Source of the DNA: Octopus vulgaris
Lineage: Eukaryota
Assembly: GCA_951406725.2 (NCBI GenBank)
Contig: OX597826.1
Span: 63,302,001-63,366,000, forward strand
Length of the DNA: 64,000 nt
Reading direction: 5' to 3'
In this document: positions 1 to 14,585 of the stretch, piece after piece
How the letters are laid out: every line of letters starts with the position of its first letter
Position numbering within the stretch: position 1 is the first letter of the stretch
Translations under genes and position numbers: made by a program
Notes under the pieces: generated by a model
What the model was told of the DNA's origin: nothing
Seen by the model: only the letters and a program-made list of their open reading frames with translations
Databases searched by the model: none

Positions 1-12
1 CTTTGATTTGTC

Positions 13-85
<73 letters not shown>
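13..85. repeat. (TTA)n microsatellite
   Basis: Directly visible; similar tracts at 396-415, 971-1027, 8441-8524, 17640-17718 and 21880-22040. Confidence 0.97.
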
Positions 86-394
86 GTGGAGGCGCAATGG
101 TCTAGTGGTTAGGGCAGCGGACTCGCGGTCGTAGGATCGCGGTTTCGATTCCCAGACCGGGCGTTGTGAGTGTTTATTGAGCGAAAACACCTGTAAAGCT
201 CCACGAGGCTCCGGCAGGGGGTACTGGTGATCCTTGTTGTACTCTTTCACCACTATTTCTCCCACTCTTTCTTCTGTTGGCCTGCTCGTTTAGCCAGCGG
301 GGTGGCGTCATTCGAAGGCTAAAACAATGCGAACCCATTGTGACCAGCGATGTGTAACTACATCTGATGGACTGGTCAGTCACGGGATCACGTG
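86..394 (+). mobile_element. tRNA-derived SINE, group A (tail alpha)
   Basis: Head GTGGAGGCGCAATGGTCTAGTGG...GGTTTCGATTCC has Pol III A and B boxes; the same head and body recur at 3965, 48386, 53427 and 56564(-). Confidence 0.88.
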
Positions 395-415
395 CTTATT
401 ATTATTATTATTATT

Positions 416-969
416 GAGTGAGAGAGCAGTTCATGCCATCAAAGTGACACTGGGGTAAAATATACGAAGCCCAATATACCCATCATGACTACCCGTCTGA
501 TAAAGGTACACCAGGCACATGCATCACAACCATATGTGCGCGACATGGTGATCTCATATCAAGATAAACAGCACATGACCTTGCAGGTGGGGCCCAGTTA
601 TAATTTTCTTCAGGTTGAGTAGCCCATCCCGCTCTAAAGGTCCCTGAATAAGGGTTGTTTAAGGATGTTGAAAGAACCACCCATGTTTCCAGAGGTGAAC
701 TATTCAAACCCCAAAGAATCCCTCTCAACACATGGCTATGATGCTCCCCCACTACTTCTTCTCGTGATCAGAGATGCACATATCGTCAGCCACTAAGGGA
801 CATGCTCAACTGGTTAAGGTCAAACAACTGACAAGCAAATCTGTGGTATTGAGCAGAATATTTGCTGTAGCCCATCTTTTATACCAAGACAAAACAATGT
901 ACATGATAACACTTCCAATCAGTTAAGATCAGAAGCCATGAGAGCCTCTGCCTGGTACTGCATCAGGGC

Positions 970-970
<1 letters not shown>
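416..970 (-). mobile_element. ~555-bp non-coding insertion within (TAA)n, family unassigned
   Basis: Complex sequence bounded on both sides by (TTA)n; small terminal hairpin TGCCTG-GTACTGCAT-CAGGGCA at 949-970. Strand is assumed from the (AAT)n tail. Confidence 0.55.
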
Positions 971-1027
<57 letters not shown>

Positions 1028-1028
<1 letters not shown>

Positions 1029-1229
1029 GGTGGCGAGCTGGCAGAATCGTTAGCACGCCGGGCAAAATGCTTAGCGGTATTTCGTCCGTCGTTACGTCCC
1101 GAGTTCAAATTCCGCCGAGGTCGACTTTGCCTTTCATCGTTTAGAGGTCGATAAATTAAGTACCAGTTACATTGGGGTCGTTGTGATCGACATATACCCT
1201 CTCCCAAAATGGCTGCCCTTGTGGCAAAA

Positions 1230-1233
<4 letters not shown>
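1028..1233 (+). mobile_element. SINE group B (Meta/MESC-like core), tail 1
   Basis: GGCGAGCTGGCAGAATCG head, GAGTTCAAATTCC B box, and core GTCGACTTTGCCTTTCATC...GTCGATAAATTAAGTACCAG repeated more than 15 times in the window. Core identity is from memory of MetaSINEs. Confidence 0.85.
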
Positions 1234-1268
<35 letters not shown>

Positions 1269-1491
1269 CATCATCATCATCCTTATTCTGTAAAAAGACA
1301 ATAATTTAGGGTGGATAAGAGATAGGAAATATCCAATATCATCATTTTTATTATCTGCAGTTTCGTTTTTGTCGTTGACTTAGTCATTATCATCATCATT
1401 GTCATCGTCGTTTCGTCATCATTATCAGCATCATTCTCATCATCATGAGCATCATCAACAATAGCAACAACAATAATACATAGACATAACC

Positions 1492-1723
1492 TATTTCTTT
1501 ATTACCAACAAGGGGCTAAACACAGAGGGGACAAACAAGGACAGACATAGGTATTAAGTCGATTACATCGACCCCAGTGCGTAACTGGTACTTAATTTAT
1601 CGACCCCGAAAGGATGAAAGGCAAAGTCGTCCTCGGCGGAATTTGGACTCAGAACGTAACGACAGACGAAATACGGCTACGCATTTCGCCCGGCGTGCTA
1701 ACGATTCTGCCATCTCGCCGCCT
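1492..1723 (-). mobile_element. SINE group B, tail 2
   Basis: Reverse copy with tail ...GCCCCTTG...AAAGAAATAG; TSD CATAACC (1485-1491 and 1724-1730). Confidence 0.88.
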
Positions 1724-1950
1724 CATAACCGACTACAGCAACAACAACATCAGCAACATCACCGAGGTCGAACATTCTGTCGAAGTCAGTTATTTTAAAA
1801 GTCACATACAACTCATCCACAGCATTCGCAACACTCATACAGGGACAGGATAAAGCAAAATATCACACCAACATAGTTAGCACAACCACAGACACTTGGA
1901 ACCTGATGCAATCACAGGTACAACCACATGTACCACATTTGGCCAACAAA

Positions 1951-2424
<474 letters not shown>

Positions 2425-2621
2425 CGATGTGCATACAATATGTTAGGTCCATGGTCCATCAAGGATTCTGGCCCCTTCTGTATGGGGTTCTACACTTAAC
2501 CACAACAAACCACATTAATTAAACCTCTCGAATGAAACAAATGAAAATATTCAAAATGAAACACGACTTCGATATGAGCGGAGCAGAATTTGTTGCTACG
2601 GCAGTCTTTCATCTTTAAGGG

Positions 2622-3230
<609 letters not shown>

Positions 3231-3235
3231 ACCTT

Positions 3236-3900
3236 CATAATCCCTCATATAAACTACGAGTACATTACGGAGTGTTTTTTCTTCTAATTTTGAGGGGACG
3301 GGGAGAATATTTCGAAATATAAGGTGCACCGTGTTGATAATCATGCCATTCGGTCACGATGTGACATATAAACAAAATAATTACGCAACAAGTTGGCATA
3401 AAAACGGGTGAATCTGACTGCAATTTTCACAGTACTTATCACTACATACGCACTAACGCCGAAACACCCAGAAGCTACTACAACAACCAAGAACACATTA
3501 ACTACTGCGACGCCATTATAAAAAAATAACGCTGATTCTTCCAGCCAGTACTTCCTGTCTGCACGGACAAACATTAAATATTAGCATGGACACAGAAATA
3601 GCTGTAGCGTCGACAATTTCATTTAAGCCAAACGTTGCTACGAAGCGCATTTCCATTAATGAGAATTTGAGAGAAACAACTGCTACGCACCAGCTGAGAC
3701 CCCCCCCCTCCCATCTTCTGTCTGATTCGATTGAATCTTGAGCCGACGAGGAAGCCGTTACGTAGACGCATGACCTGCCAGAAATAGCAGCCAAAAATCT
3801 TTAAATGACATTCTTGAGAAACGAAGTACACAATGGATGACATTATTCTGAGATTTGTAATACCATTGAGAAAAAGGATAGATGCTTACGGATGGATTTC
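3236..3900 (-). mobile_element. possible decayed pogo-like DNA transposon fragment
   Basis: TIR-like CATAATCCCTCATATAA near 3236 and a weak HTH-like peptide (MRFVATFGLNEIVDA...RKYW); tentative. Confidence 0.3.
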
Positions 3901-3964
3901 TATTATCATAGGTTTACTCAGTCAGGGCAAACTTGGGACTGGCTACACAGCAACAACAACGACA

Positions 3965-4584
3965 GTGGAGGCGCAATGGCCCAGTGGTTAGGGCAGCAGA
4001 CTCGCGGTCGTAATAACGCGGTTTCGATTCCCAGACGAGGCATTGTGAATGTTTATTGAGCAAAAAACACCTAAGCTCCACGAGGCTCCGGCGGGGGTGG
4101 TGGTGAACCCCGCTGTACTCTTTCACCACAACTTTCTCTCACTCTTTCTTCCTACTTCGGCCACAAAGCAGAGGAACTATGGTGTAACCCATTATGGTGT
4201 GGTAAAACGTTCAGACCCTAGTCTAGATTGCGAATCCTCTGTACCCCAGGATGGTTCAGCTCTCCACCCGTTAAAAGCCACCGTTTACGGAATGAGGATA
4301 ACAACGTAGCTTTCGCGCCCGTGCAACCGCCAGTCTATCGCGTCTGGTGGGTGGATCTTCAAGTTGCTACACGCATTCTTAGTAGCTTAGAGTAGGCTCG
4401 AATTAGAGATTATTCTTTGTGACTAATGGCGTGAGTCCTGATTGGAAGAAGAAGAAGAAGAAGAAGAAGAAGAAGAAGAAGAAGAAGAAGAAGAAGAAGA
4501 AGAAGAAGAAGAAGAAGAAGAAGAAGAAGAAGAAGAAGAAGAAGAAGAAGAAGAAGAAGAAGAAGAAGAAGAAGAAGAAGAAGA
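3965..4584 (+). mobile_element. SINE group A with tail epsilon ending in (GAA)n
   Basis: Group A head and body to ~4152, then a distinct ~290-bp tail and (GAA)n at 4445-4584. Confidence 0.8.
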
Positions 4585-4629
4585 CAACGAAAATGACAAC
4601 AAAGGCAGCAGCAAGTTCACAGAAGTAGG

Positions 4630-5980
4630 CTGGATAACTGAGAGAGTACAACACACTCTTCAACACAAAGTACACAAACCGTACTCCATACAATTAGTCA
4701 CTAACAGGAAGTACACAGTGCCACTACCTCATAGTACTCAACACAATTGATAATCAAGAAAGTGTCACATTGTTACAAAGTATCCCGTATAATTAATCAC
4801 CAATACAAAGTACACAGTAAACGCAGGAGAGGCTGTGTGGTAAGTAGCTTGCTTACCAACCACATGGTTCCGGGTTCAGCGCCACTGCGTGGCATCCTGG
4901 ACAAGTGTCTTCTACTATAGCCTCGGGCCGACCAAAGCCTTGTGAGTGGATTTGATAGACGGAAACTGAAAGAAGCCCGTCGTGTATATGTATATATATA
5001 TGTGTGTGTATGTGTGTGTGTGTATGTTTGTGTGTGTGTGTGTGTGTGTTTGTCCCCCCAACATCGCTTGACAACCGATGCTAGTGTGTTTATGTCCCCG
5101 TCATCTAGCGGTTCGGCAAAAGAGACCGATAGAATAAGTACTAGGCTTACAAAGAATAAGTCTCGGGGTCGATTTGCTCGACTAAAAGGCGGTGCTCCAG
5201 CATGGCCGAAGTCAAATGACTGAAACAAGTAAAAGAGTAAAAGAGTAAAAGAGAGTATTACATTGTCATACAGTACTCCATACAATTAGTGCCTAACAGA
5301 GAGTACACACTGTCACCCAATACTCCAAGCAATTAGACTCATACAGAAAATACACATCGTCGTACTATCACACAGTACTCCATGCAATTAATCACTAACA
5401 GAGAGTACGTGCTATTTCACAGAACTCAATACAATTAATTACCAACTGAAAGTACGCACAGTCACCCTATTGCACAGTGCTCCGGTACTCTCCTCAATTT
5501 ATCATCCAAAGGGAGTACATAAAGCCACCCTGTCACACAGTACTTCGTGCAATTAATCACAAACACAGAGTACCCAATGTTACATTATCACACAGTACTC
5601 CAAACAGTTAATACCCAACAGAGAGTACACATTGTCACATAGTACTCCGTACAATTAATCATTAAGAGAGTACACAATCACACAGTATTCCATACAGTTA
5701 ATCACCAGCATGGAGTACACGATATCACATTATTCACACAGTACTCCACGTAATTAAGCCACAACAGAAAATGCATAATACCAAACAGTCACATAATACT
5801 CCGTACAATTAATCATTAAGAGAGTACACAATCACACAGTATTCCATACAGTTAATCACCAACATGGAGTACACGATATCACATTATTCACACAGTACTC
5901 CACGTAATTAAGCCACAACAGAAAATGCATGATACCAAACAGTCACATAATATTCCGTACAATTAAACATTAACAGGGAG
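4630..5980. repeat. diverged ~45-55 bp minisatellite
   Basis: Recurring CAGTACTCCATACAATTAATCAC...AGAGTACAC; interrupted by a SINE C at 4822-5256; near-exact 154-bp duplication at 5643 and 5797. Confidence 0.9.
4822..5256 (+). mobile_element. SINE group C
   Basis: Full-length copy matching those at 1951 and 6524. Confidence 0.9.
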
Positions 5981-6523
5981 TCATGCTGCTCTTTGCTTGC
6001 AACAATCAATTTACTTCTAAAACAATAGAGCTGTGAATTGTAGTTAGTCTGTTGATCGATGATTTATATGTTATAGTGTTGTTCGATCAGAGCTGACCTG
6101 CAGTTACATAACAATCATACAAAGAATGACATTAATTTTTTTTTTTTTTGTATTTTTATTCTGAACATGGCTATTCATCAGGTAAAAAGGCTGGGTGGGC
6201 GTACAGTTAATGCAATCTACTTCCGTATATGACCGCAGGGGAATACTCAACGCTACTGCAACAGAAGATCAGATGAATGACATAGTCATGTTGTCAAAAG
6301 ACTTCAGAATAACAGTAATACAAATAACAAAGAATAGCAACTCGGTTTTTATCTGGTTGATCTTCAAGTGGATAAAGCTATAAATAATAGCATGGAAAAT
6401 ATATTGGGGTTAGAAAAAACCTCTTTGGATAGGAAAAAGTCGAAGGCTGCCGGGGACATAAACTAGCAATGAAGGTTTATCGTGAACTAACAATTGTTAT
6501 AACTTTGCCTGGGCAAAGTTATA

Positions 6524-6931
6524 GGCGTAGGAGTGGCTGTGTGGTAAGTAGCTTGCTTACCAACCACATGGTCCCGGGTTCAGTCCCACTGTGTGGCACC
6601 TTGGGTAAGTGTCTTCTACTATAACCTCGGGCCGACCAAAGCCCTTGTGAGTGGATTTGGTAGACGGAAACTGAAAGAAGCCCGTCGTATATATATATAT
6701 ATATGCATGTGTGTGTATATGTTTGTGTGTCTGTGTTTGTCTCCCCAACATCGCTTGACAACCGATGCTGGTGTGTTTACGTCCCCGTCACTTAGCGGTT
6801 CGGCAAAAGAGACCGATAGAATTAAGTACTAGGCTTGCAAAGAATAAGTCCTGGGGTCGATTTGCTCGACTAAAGGCGGTGCTCCAGCATGGCCACAGTC
6901 AAATGACTGAAACAAGTAAAAAAGAAAAGAG
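6524..6931 (+). mobile_element. SINE group C
   Basis: Full-length copy. Confidence 0.9.
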
Positions 6932-7001
6932 AACCGTCTTAGCAACATTTATATGCTCTGAATTCTTTCGTATCTTTCTTTTTCTTTTTTTTTTTTTTTT
7001 T

Positions 7002-7685
7002 GACAGTAGCACATCACACATGGAGCGGAAGTGGGTCCCTAGATCCGTGAGTGCTCCAGGCAAATCAATACACTGGGCCTCTATAGTATATTTATACAGC
7101 AAACCTCGGCATTCATAAATGAGAATTGGGTCACTAGAACCATAGAGCCAAGGCAAATCAATACACTGAACCCCGAAGTAGTATCTTTTTTTTTTTTTGC
7201 AGCAAACCACAGCATGCATGGAGAACTGAGCCCCTAAGCCCGTAAGTCTTTCAGGCAAATAAATGCCCTGGGCCCTATAATTTTTGCTTGTTTTGTTTTG
7301 TATTTGTTTGTTTGCTTGTTTTTTGACAGCAACACATTACACATGGAGCAGAATTAAGTTGCTATACCCGTCAGCCCCCTGGCAAATCAATGCCCTGAGC
7401 ACTATAGTTTTTTGTTGGGTTTTTTTTACAGAAAACCACGGTATATATTTAGTAGAACGGACCCCTAAACCCGCAAGGCTCTCGGGAAAATCAATGCATA
7501 AGGCCCTATAGTATTTGGGGGGGGCAGCAAACCACAGAACATATAGAGAGTAGAATTGGGCCCCTAAACCTGTGAGACCCTCGAGAAAACCAATGCATTT
7601 AGCCCACTAGGCTTTTTTAAAGAGAAATTCACAGCATACACAAAGTAAAATTGAACCCCTAGACGCGTGAGGCTGCCTGGAAACT
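7002..7685. repeat. diverged ~95-bp tandem repeat, 7 units
   Basis: Units start near 7002, 7095, 7199, 7325, 7427, 7524 and 7620; shared CAGCAAACCAC...CCCCTAAACCCGT...GGCAAATCAAT...CTATAG. Confidence 0.85.
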
Positions 7686-8003
7686 GCCTGGTGAGCCTAT
7701 GCTATTAAATGACACTGACCTTAAATCTCACTTCCAAGGGTGTAGGCTTTTGCAATACAGGAACACGAAATGAAATATCTGATGTACGAAAGCAATATTG
7801 GTTGCAGGTTAAAACACCTACATGTGGCATGTGATGTAGATTTAATTGAATTAATAGAATACAATGCAATAGAACTGCTGGATAGAGTTTAGATTTAGAA
7901 ACATGTCGAGTAGGATGTATGTGTTCCGTGTGTAAAATAGACATGATTATGTACTTATCGCCTTAAGCATAACACACATTCGTAAATATAAACATAGACA
8001 AAC

Positions 8004-8038
<35 letters not shown>

Positions 8039-8372
8039 CACGCGTGTGTGTGTGAGAGAGAGAGAGAGCACATATGTATGTGTGTGTGAGCACATAGGTA
8101 TGTATGTGTTTGTGTGTGTATGTGTTTGTGTGAGAATCGTGCGTGTATAAATGAACGTATCATGTCTAAATTATGAGTTTGTAATCACGTATATCTTACA
8201 TTTGGCATATCTGCATTCACCTATGCTAAATGCAAGCAGAACATTTATTTAACTATTCTACAGGTTAGACAAAAGTAACGCAAACACATGCACACAAACA
8301 TACCCCTATACACACATATGCATATATATACATATATATGTGTATATACAAATACATAGAGTAAATATATAT

Positions 8373-8427
<55 letters not shown>

Positions 8428-8445
8428 TATGTATATATTAATAAC

Positions 8446-8524
<79 letters not shown>

Positions 8525-8666
8525 TATGCATTTATATATTTTTAATACAACAATTATTTTTCACACGTGTATATCTTTCTGGTGAGTTTTCTGATATTGA
8601 TTTCCTAATATTAATAATAATATATTATTTTAAAAAAATAAAAAAATAAAAAATATATATATATAT

Positions 8667-8755
<89 letters not shown>

Positions 8756-8783
8756 CATACATATATATACATACATACATACA

Positions 8784-8844
<61 letters not shown>

Positions 8845-8862
8845 TCGCGCAAGCAATCACGC

Positions 8863-8938
<76 letters not shown>

Positions 8939-8946
8939 GATTGATT

Positions 8947-9029
<83 letters not shown>

Positions 9030-9959
9030 TTTATGTGAACTATAGCTTCATTGGATTATCGGAAATACAGCCTCGTTCTGAAACGTAAACAAAGTGGGTA
9101 TACTACAAATTTCTTTTCTTTTTCTTTATTTCTCCATGATAAAAAGATAATACTGGATAAACGTGGTTAGTTTCTCGTAGTTCCGCTAGCTTTCAATAGC
9201 AATAAGGTAATAATTTCTTTTTAGGCAGAAAATATAGGTATTGTTTCACTGTTTGAGATGTAACACTTACAAACTAAAACATCGATCCTGTATACTGCCC
9301 AAGAAAATAAATAAAACCTGTTGTGTAACCACATTTTATATTTATTAAAGCTAATTACCTCACCTTTCATATTATCCTAAAATATTTTGTAACGAACAGT
9401 TAATAAATCAGTCAGTTAATTAATTAACTAATTAATCCATGTTATCAGTGGATGCATTGTTATGTAAATTAGATAAACCAGTTCGGTTCTAACAGACTTC
9501 ATATATATATTATAGATAGTTATGAATTAACTCTTTTCTCTGAAGAAGAGATTAGCATTCTTTTTCTGATGAAAGTCTCACAAGACTAGAAACTAGACAG
9601 ATTCAACATTTTTCTGAATATAGAAATAAATAAAAATTCTGTTGATAAATCATTTTGTTTATTTTTCACAACGAGGTTGAATTACATGTTTGCTAAAAGG
9701 ACATACCTTGCATTTCGAAATTTTATAAGCATATATATATAAATCATGGGCTCCAAACAAGAGAAAGAGCAATCAATGCACGTAATTGGGTTTATAAACG
9801 TATATATGAGTGTGTATATGAGAGTAAGGCTTTCGAACATGACTTACTAACGATAAGACTATATTCTAGTTTAAACTTTGCTTATTAAGGGTTTTTTCGT
9901 ATTTCCTTATTAATCCTTGCTTTTTCAGTTTGCAATAATGTCATTTCTAAACCTTTTAG

Positions 9960-10005
9960 TTCATTAACATTTCATGGCTATTCGTAGTCTCATCATCAGA
10001 ATGAA
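9960..10005 (-). ncRNA. minimal type I hammerhead ribozyme motif (Penelope-type)
   Basis: Minus strand reads TTCATT-CTGATGA-TGAGACTACGAATAGCCAT-GAAA-TG-TT-AATGAA: perfect 6-bp stem I, canonical core, minimal stem III. Confidence 0.6.
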
Positions 10006-10154
10006 GTGATGATAATAGCGACTTATTCGTGCGATTTGACTTGGGCCGCAAGGCATGATGGAAATAATGTTATAAAACAAAAAATTGCCAACGGTAGATC
10101 TTAAAATTATACAATGCTTAAGTCTAAGCAAAGTTCATGATTATTTTTACGTAT

Positions 10155-10242
<88 letters not shown>

Positions 10243-10244
<2 letters not shown>

Positions 10245-10375
10245 CGGGAAGCTTTATGAAAATAAACAAAAGACGAAGGCAGGTGGAATATAAACAAACA
10301 ATTGTATTAGTATGGCGCTCAGGAATATAAATAATACAAGTCTTTTACGTTTCGAGCCTACGCTCATCAACAGAA

Positions 10376-10376
<1 letters not shown>
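10243..10376 (-). mobile_element. Penelope-like terminal remnant with variant hammerhead, embedded in (TA)n
   Basis: Minus strand TTT-CTGTTGA-T-GAGC-GTAG-GCTC-GAAA-CG-TA-AAAGA; a related truncated copy lies at 39107-39210. Confidence 0.55.
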
Positions 10377-10409
<33 letters not shown>

Positions 10410-10564
10410 ATATATGTGTGTGTGCATGCGTATACATACGTATTTATATAGATGTATATGTTCACATTGATATATGCATACACACACATACACATATATA
10501 TGCACTCACACACATATATATATTTATATGAACATACAAGCATGTACATATATATATGTATATA

Positions 10565-10644
<80 letters not shown>

Positions 10645-10983
10645 TTGTTGAGTAAGATGGGTAGTGGATGATATACTAGTATTTTTGACCTGTGGCTCGA
10701 CGACCCGATATTTTGTCGATATACACACAATAAAGGTGATGCGTGCGCGCGTGTGTTTTGTGTATGCGCGCGTGTGCGCTTTTGTATATGTATGTATATA
10801 TTTATGATGATGTGCTGTGTTGGCATTTTAATGCATTTTACCTATTTGTCTCCTTAGTTTCCGTTTACCTTTTCACTATCTAACTATATATATCCATCTA
10901 TCTACCTCGCTAGCTATCTCTCTTACAATCTATTTCTCAAGATATGTTTCTTTATTAGCCACACAGGGCTGGAATAGATAGAC

Positions 10984-11079
<96 letters not shown>

Positions 11080-11699
11080 GACATTATTATATATGTCTCC
11101 GATAAAGAAGATTTGTGTCTAATACAAATAGACTTCTCGTCTTCCTCATGGCACAGAATACACACATTCATCTGTTTGAATTATTTTTAACACACAACAC
11201 TAGTTTCTTCGGATTCTCCTGATTTATTTCTTCTCTCTCTTTCCATATTTAGAACATATAGAGAGCGAGAGAATATAAATGTAAACATATATTCTAACAA
11301 TATGTCTGTCTGTCTATCGTTGTATCAATGTCGATATGCGTAACTCAACCTGTTTATTTTTCTGACTGTCGATTCAATCTGTTTCTCCTTGTAGCCGTAC
11401 CTGTCTGTCTCTAAAGAGATTCATATTCTTAATTATATGTATACAACTATTTGTATACAATCGTGCATGTATTCTCATATTTACATTATAAATATACGCA
11501 TATTATACATTTATGTAATATATATGTATATATATATTTGCGTATGCGTGAGCACGCGCGCGTGTATATGCGTGTACATACGTGCATGTACGAGAGTATG
11601 TGCGTGTAATATGCGTGTATGTGCGTGTATATGCGTGCATATACGAGAATGCGTATATAAATATATACAACATCTTGCGTCTTTATTTATAGGCAGATG

Positions 11700-11722
11700 A
11701 GATGATAGATAGATAGATAGAC

Positions 11723-11768
<46 letters not shown>

Positions 11769-11801
11769 ACGGACAAACAGGCAGACAGACAAGCAGGCAG
11801 G

Positions 11802-11836
<35 letters not shown>

Positions 11837-11890
11837 GCAGACAGACAGACAGATAGATAGATTGATAGATAGATAGACAGACAGACAAAC

Positions 11891-11965
<75 letters not shown>

Positions 11966-11974
11966 CAGACAAAC

Positions 11975-12050
<76 letters not shown>

Positions 12051-14467
12051 CAACATAAATAAGCAAAGATAAATCTTACCACTGTTGCGATGGTATGTTG
12101 AAATCGTGATAATCTTGTCACTGCTCTGTTATTCCGCTGTTCACTTCTCGTGTGCATCGCCTATCGCTCTATGTGTGCGTGTGTATGCATCTGTGAATAT
12201 CGATGCGCGTGTGCGCGTGCGATGTGAGTTCCCGCGCGTGTGTATGTGTGTCTGTGTGTGTGTGTGCATATATATGTGTGTGTGTGTGTGTATGCGTGTA
12301 CGTGTGTGTGTATATGTCTGTGTGTGTGCAGAACAGCACTACCTTGTTGGCTTTCTGCTGCAACATGGATGAGAGTGGAAGTTACCGCTGCTGCTGCTGC
12401 TGCTGCTGCTCCTACGGCTGCTGCTGCTGCTATTGCTGCTGCTACGGCTGCTGCTGCTGCTGCTAGTTGCTGGTTTTTGTTGATGGTGACAATGGTGGTG
12501 CTAGCTAAGGGTAGACGGGTGGTTGGTAAATTGGTATGTTATATGTAAAAACTCGGTGGCTACTGCGGTTGATCGAGCAGGCCTATAATCAAAGCCGTTT
12601 CAAATATGACCATCCTGTACGATTTGGGACATCGAAGACATCATGCGACTCTGAAGCAAATTTGACTACTATTTCTAACAGTTCGAGCAACCACTAGAGG
12701 CTCTCTCGTTGACTCTTGGTGATTATAGTAAGTAGTTGTGGTGGTGGTAGTGGTAGTGGTGGTTTTGTGATGGTTGTTGCTGTTGATGTTATGGTGATGG
12801 TGGTGCTAGCGATTACAGTGATTGTTTTTGTTTCGGTGGTAGTGGTGGGGGGGGTAGCAGCATTTGTGGTGGTGGTGGTGGTAGTGGTGGTGGTGGTGGT
12901 GGTGGTGGTGGTAGTGGTGGTGGTGGTGGTGGTGGTGGTGGTGGTGGTGGTAGTGGTGATTGTTGTTGTTTTCGATGTGGCGGTGATGTGGTGGCTTTGA
13001 TGTCGGTGGTGATGGTTTGGGTGGTGGTGGTGGGGTTGGTTGTGGGGGGAGTGTCGATGGTAATTGTGGGGGTAATGGTGGTGGCGTTGGTCTTGATGAT
13101 GATGGTGGTAGTGGTTTGTGGGTGGTGGCGGTGGTCGTGGTGGTCGTGGTTGGGTGGTGGTTGTAGTGGTTGCTCTAGTGGTGATGGTAGCAGTTGTGGT
13201 GTTAGTGGTGATGGTTGCAGTGGTGTGGGTAGTTGTGGTGGTGGTTGTAGGGGTAGTCGTTGAGGTGATGGTGGGGGTTGTAGTGTCGGTGGTGGTGAAG
13301 ATGAGGGCGGTGATGGTGGTGATGGTGGAAGATGATGGCGGTGATGGTGGTGGTGGTGGTGGTGGTGGTGGTGGTGGTGGTGGTGGTGGTGGTGGCGGCG
13401 GTGGCAGTACTCGTGGCACTGTGTGTAATATACGTCATAGTGATCGAAAAATCTCCGAAGTTTTTATTTGTTTTGGTATTCATCTTTGTTTAATAGAAAG
13501 TTGTGGAATGTGATAGATCTGAGTGAAGACGGGCAGACTGGCAGACATGCGGGCGGGCAGACAGACATACAGACAGGCAGGGAGACAGACAGACAGACAG
13601 GCAGGGAGGCAGGCAGGCAGGCAGGCAAGCTGACTGACAGATATAGTGTGAGATAGACAGACGGACGCGGGGAATCAGAGAGATAGACATACAAACAAAT
13701 AGAGACAAACAGATGAAGCTGAAACAGATAGATATATATAGATATAGAGAGAGATAGAGAGGTATTTTGAGACAATCAGAGAGACACCGACAATCAGAGA
13801 GACTTACAAGCAAACAGAGAGGTATATAGAGATATATCGAGAGAGAGAGAGAGACAGATAGTGACAGAGAGGCTGGTTAACGTACGTTGAGACAGAGAGA
13901 TAAAGATTGACGTAGACAGAGATAAACGTTTGTTGCATGGTGATAGGCAGAGTAGAAAATAGAAATATACAGAGCGGGAGAGAAAGAGAAAGAGAGAGAG
14001 AGGGGGCAGAGGGTAGCGAGTAAGAGAATTGACAAAGAGAGAAACGGAAAGGAAGGAGTTTGTGACATGAAAAATAGACAGAAAAGTATTAGGATTTCGA
14101 AAGAAGTGGGAGAATATAAGGGGAAGACGTAGTTGCTTTTCCTCATTGTTATATGTCCATTATCTCTACCTTCTCCCCATCTGCTGTCCTTTCGCATATC
14201 AAACAGTGGGGAAAGAAAAAAAGAGACGATAAAAGAAGGTGAAGAGCAATGATTGAAGCGGTATAACGTAATCGTAGCGACGGAGCTAGATGTTACACCT
14301 AAGACATTCCTCCATCTTAGTATAGGCAGCAGCGAGGTGAGAGTTCGCCAAGAGGATAAGGAGGAAACGTTGTAGAGATTTATGAGAGAGAAAAAGGAGA
14401 GGGGGAGAAGATGCAAAGGTAAAAGAAAGAATGCAAAGAGGAAGGAAACGTCGAATGAGTGTCAATG

Positions 14468-14539
<72 letters not shown>

Positions 14540-14553
14540 CACAGACAGACATG

Positions 14554-14585
<32 letters not shown>

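Noticed and set aside
86-165. tRNA gene (also at 3965, 48386 and 53427)
   Set aside because: The A/B boxes belong to SINE heads that run on into a shared body and tail; there is no proper acceptor stem or terminator.
4630-7685. CRISPR-like repeat/spacer arrays
   Set aside because: Units are degenerate tandem repeats without identical repeats and unique spacers; there are no cas genes and the context is eukaryotic.
12694-13513. Mucin-, extensin- or Gly-rich ORFs
   Set aside because: Translations of (GGT)n/(ACC)n low-complexity DNA that is open in several frames.
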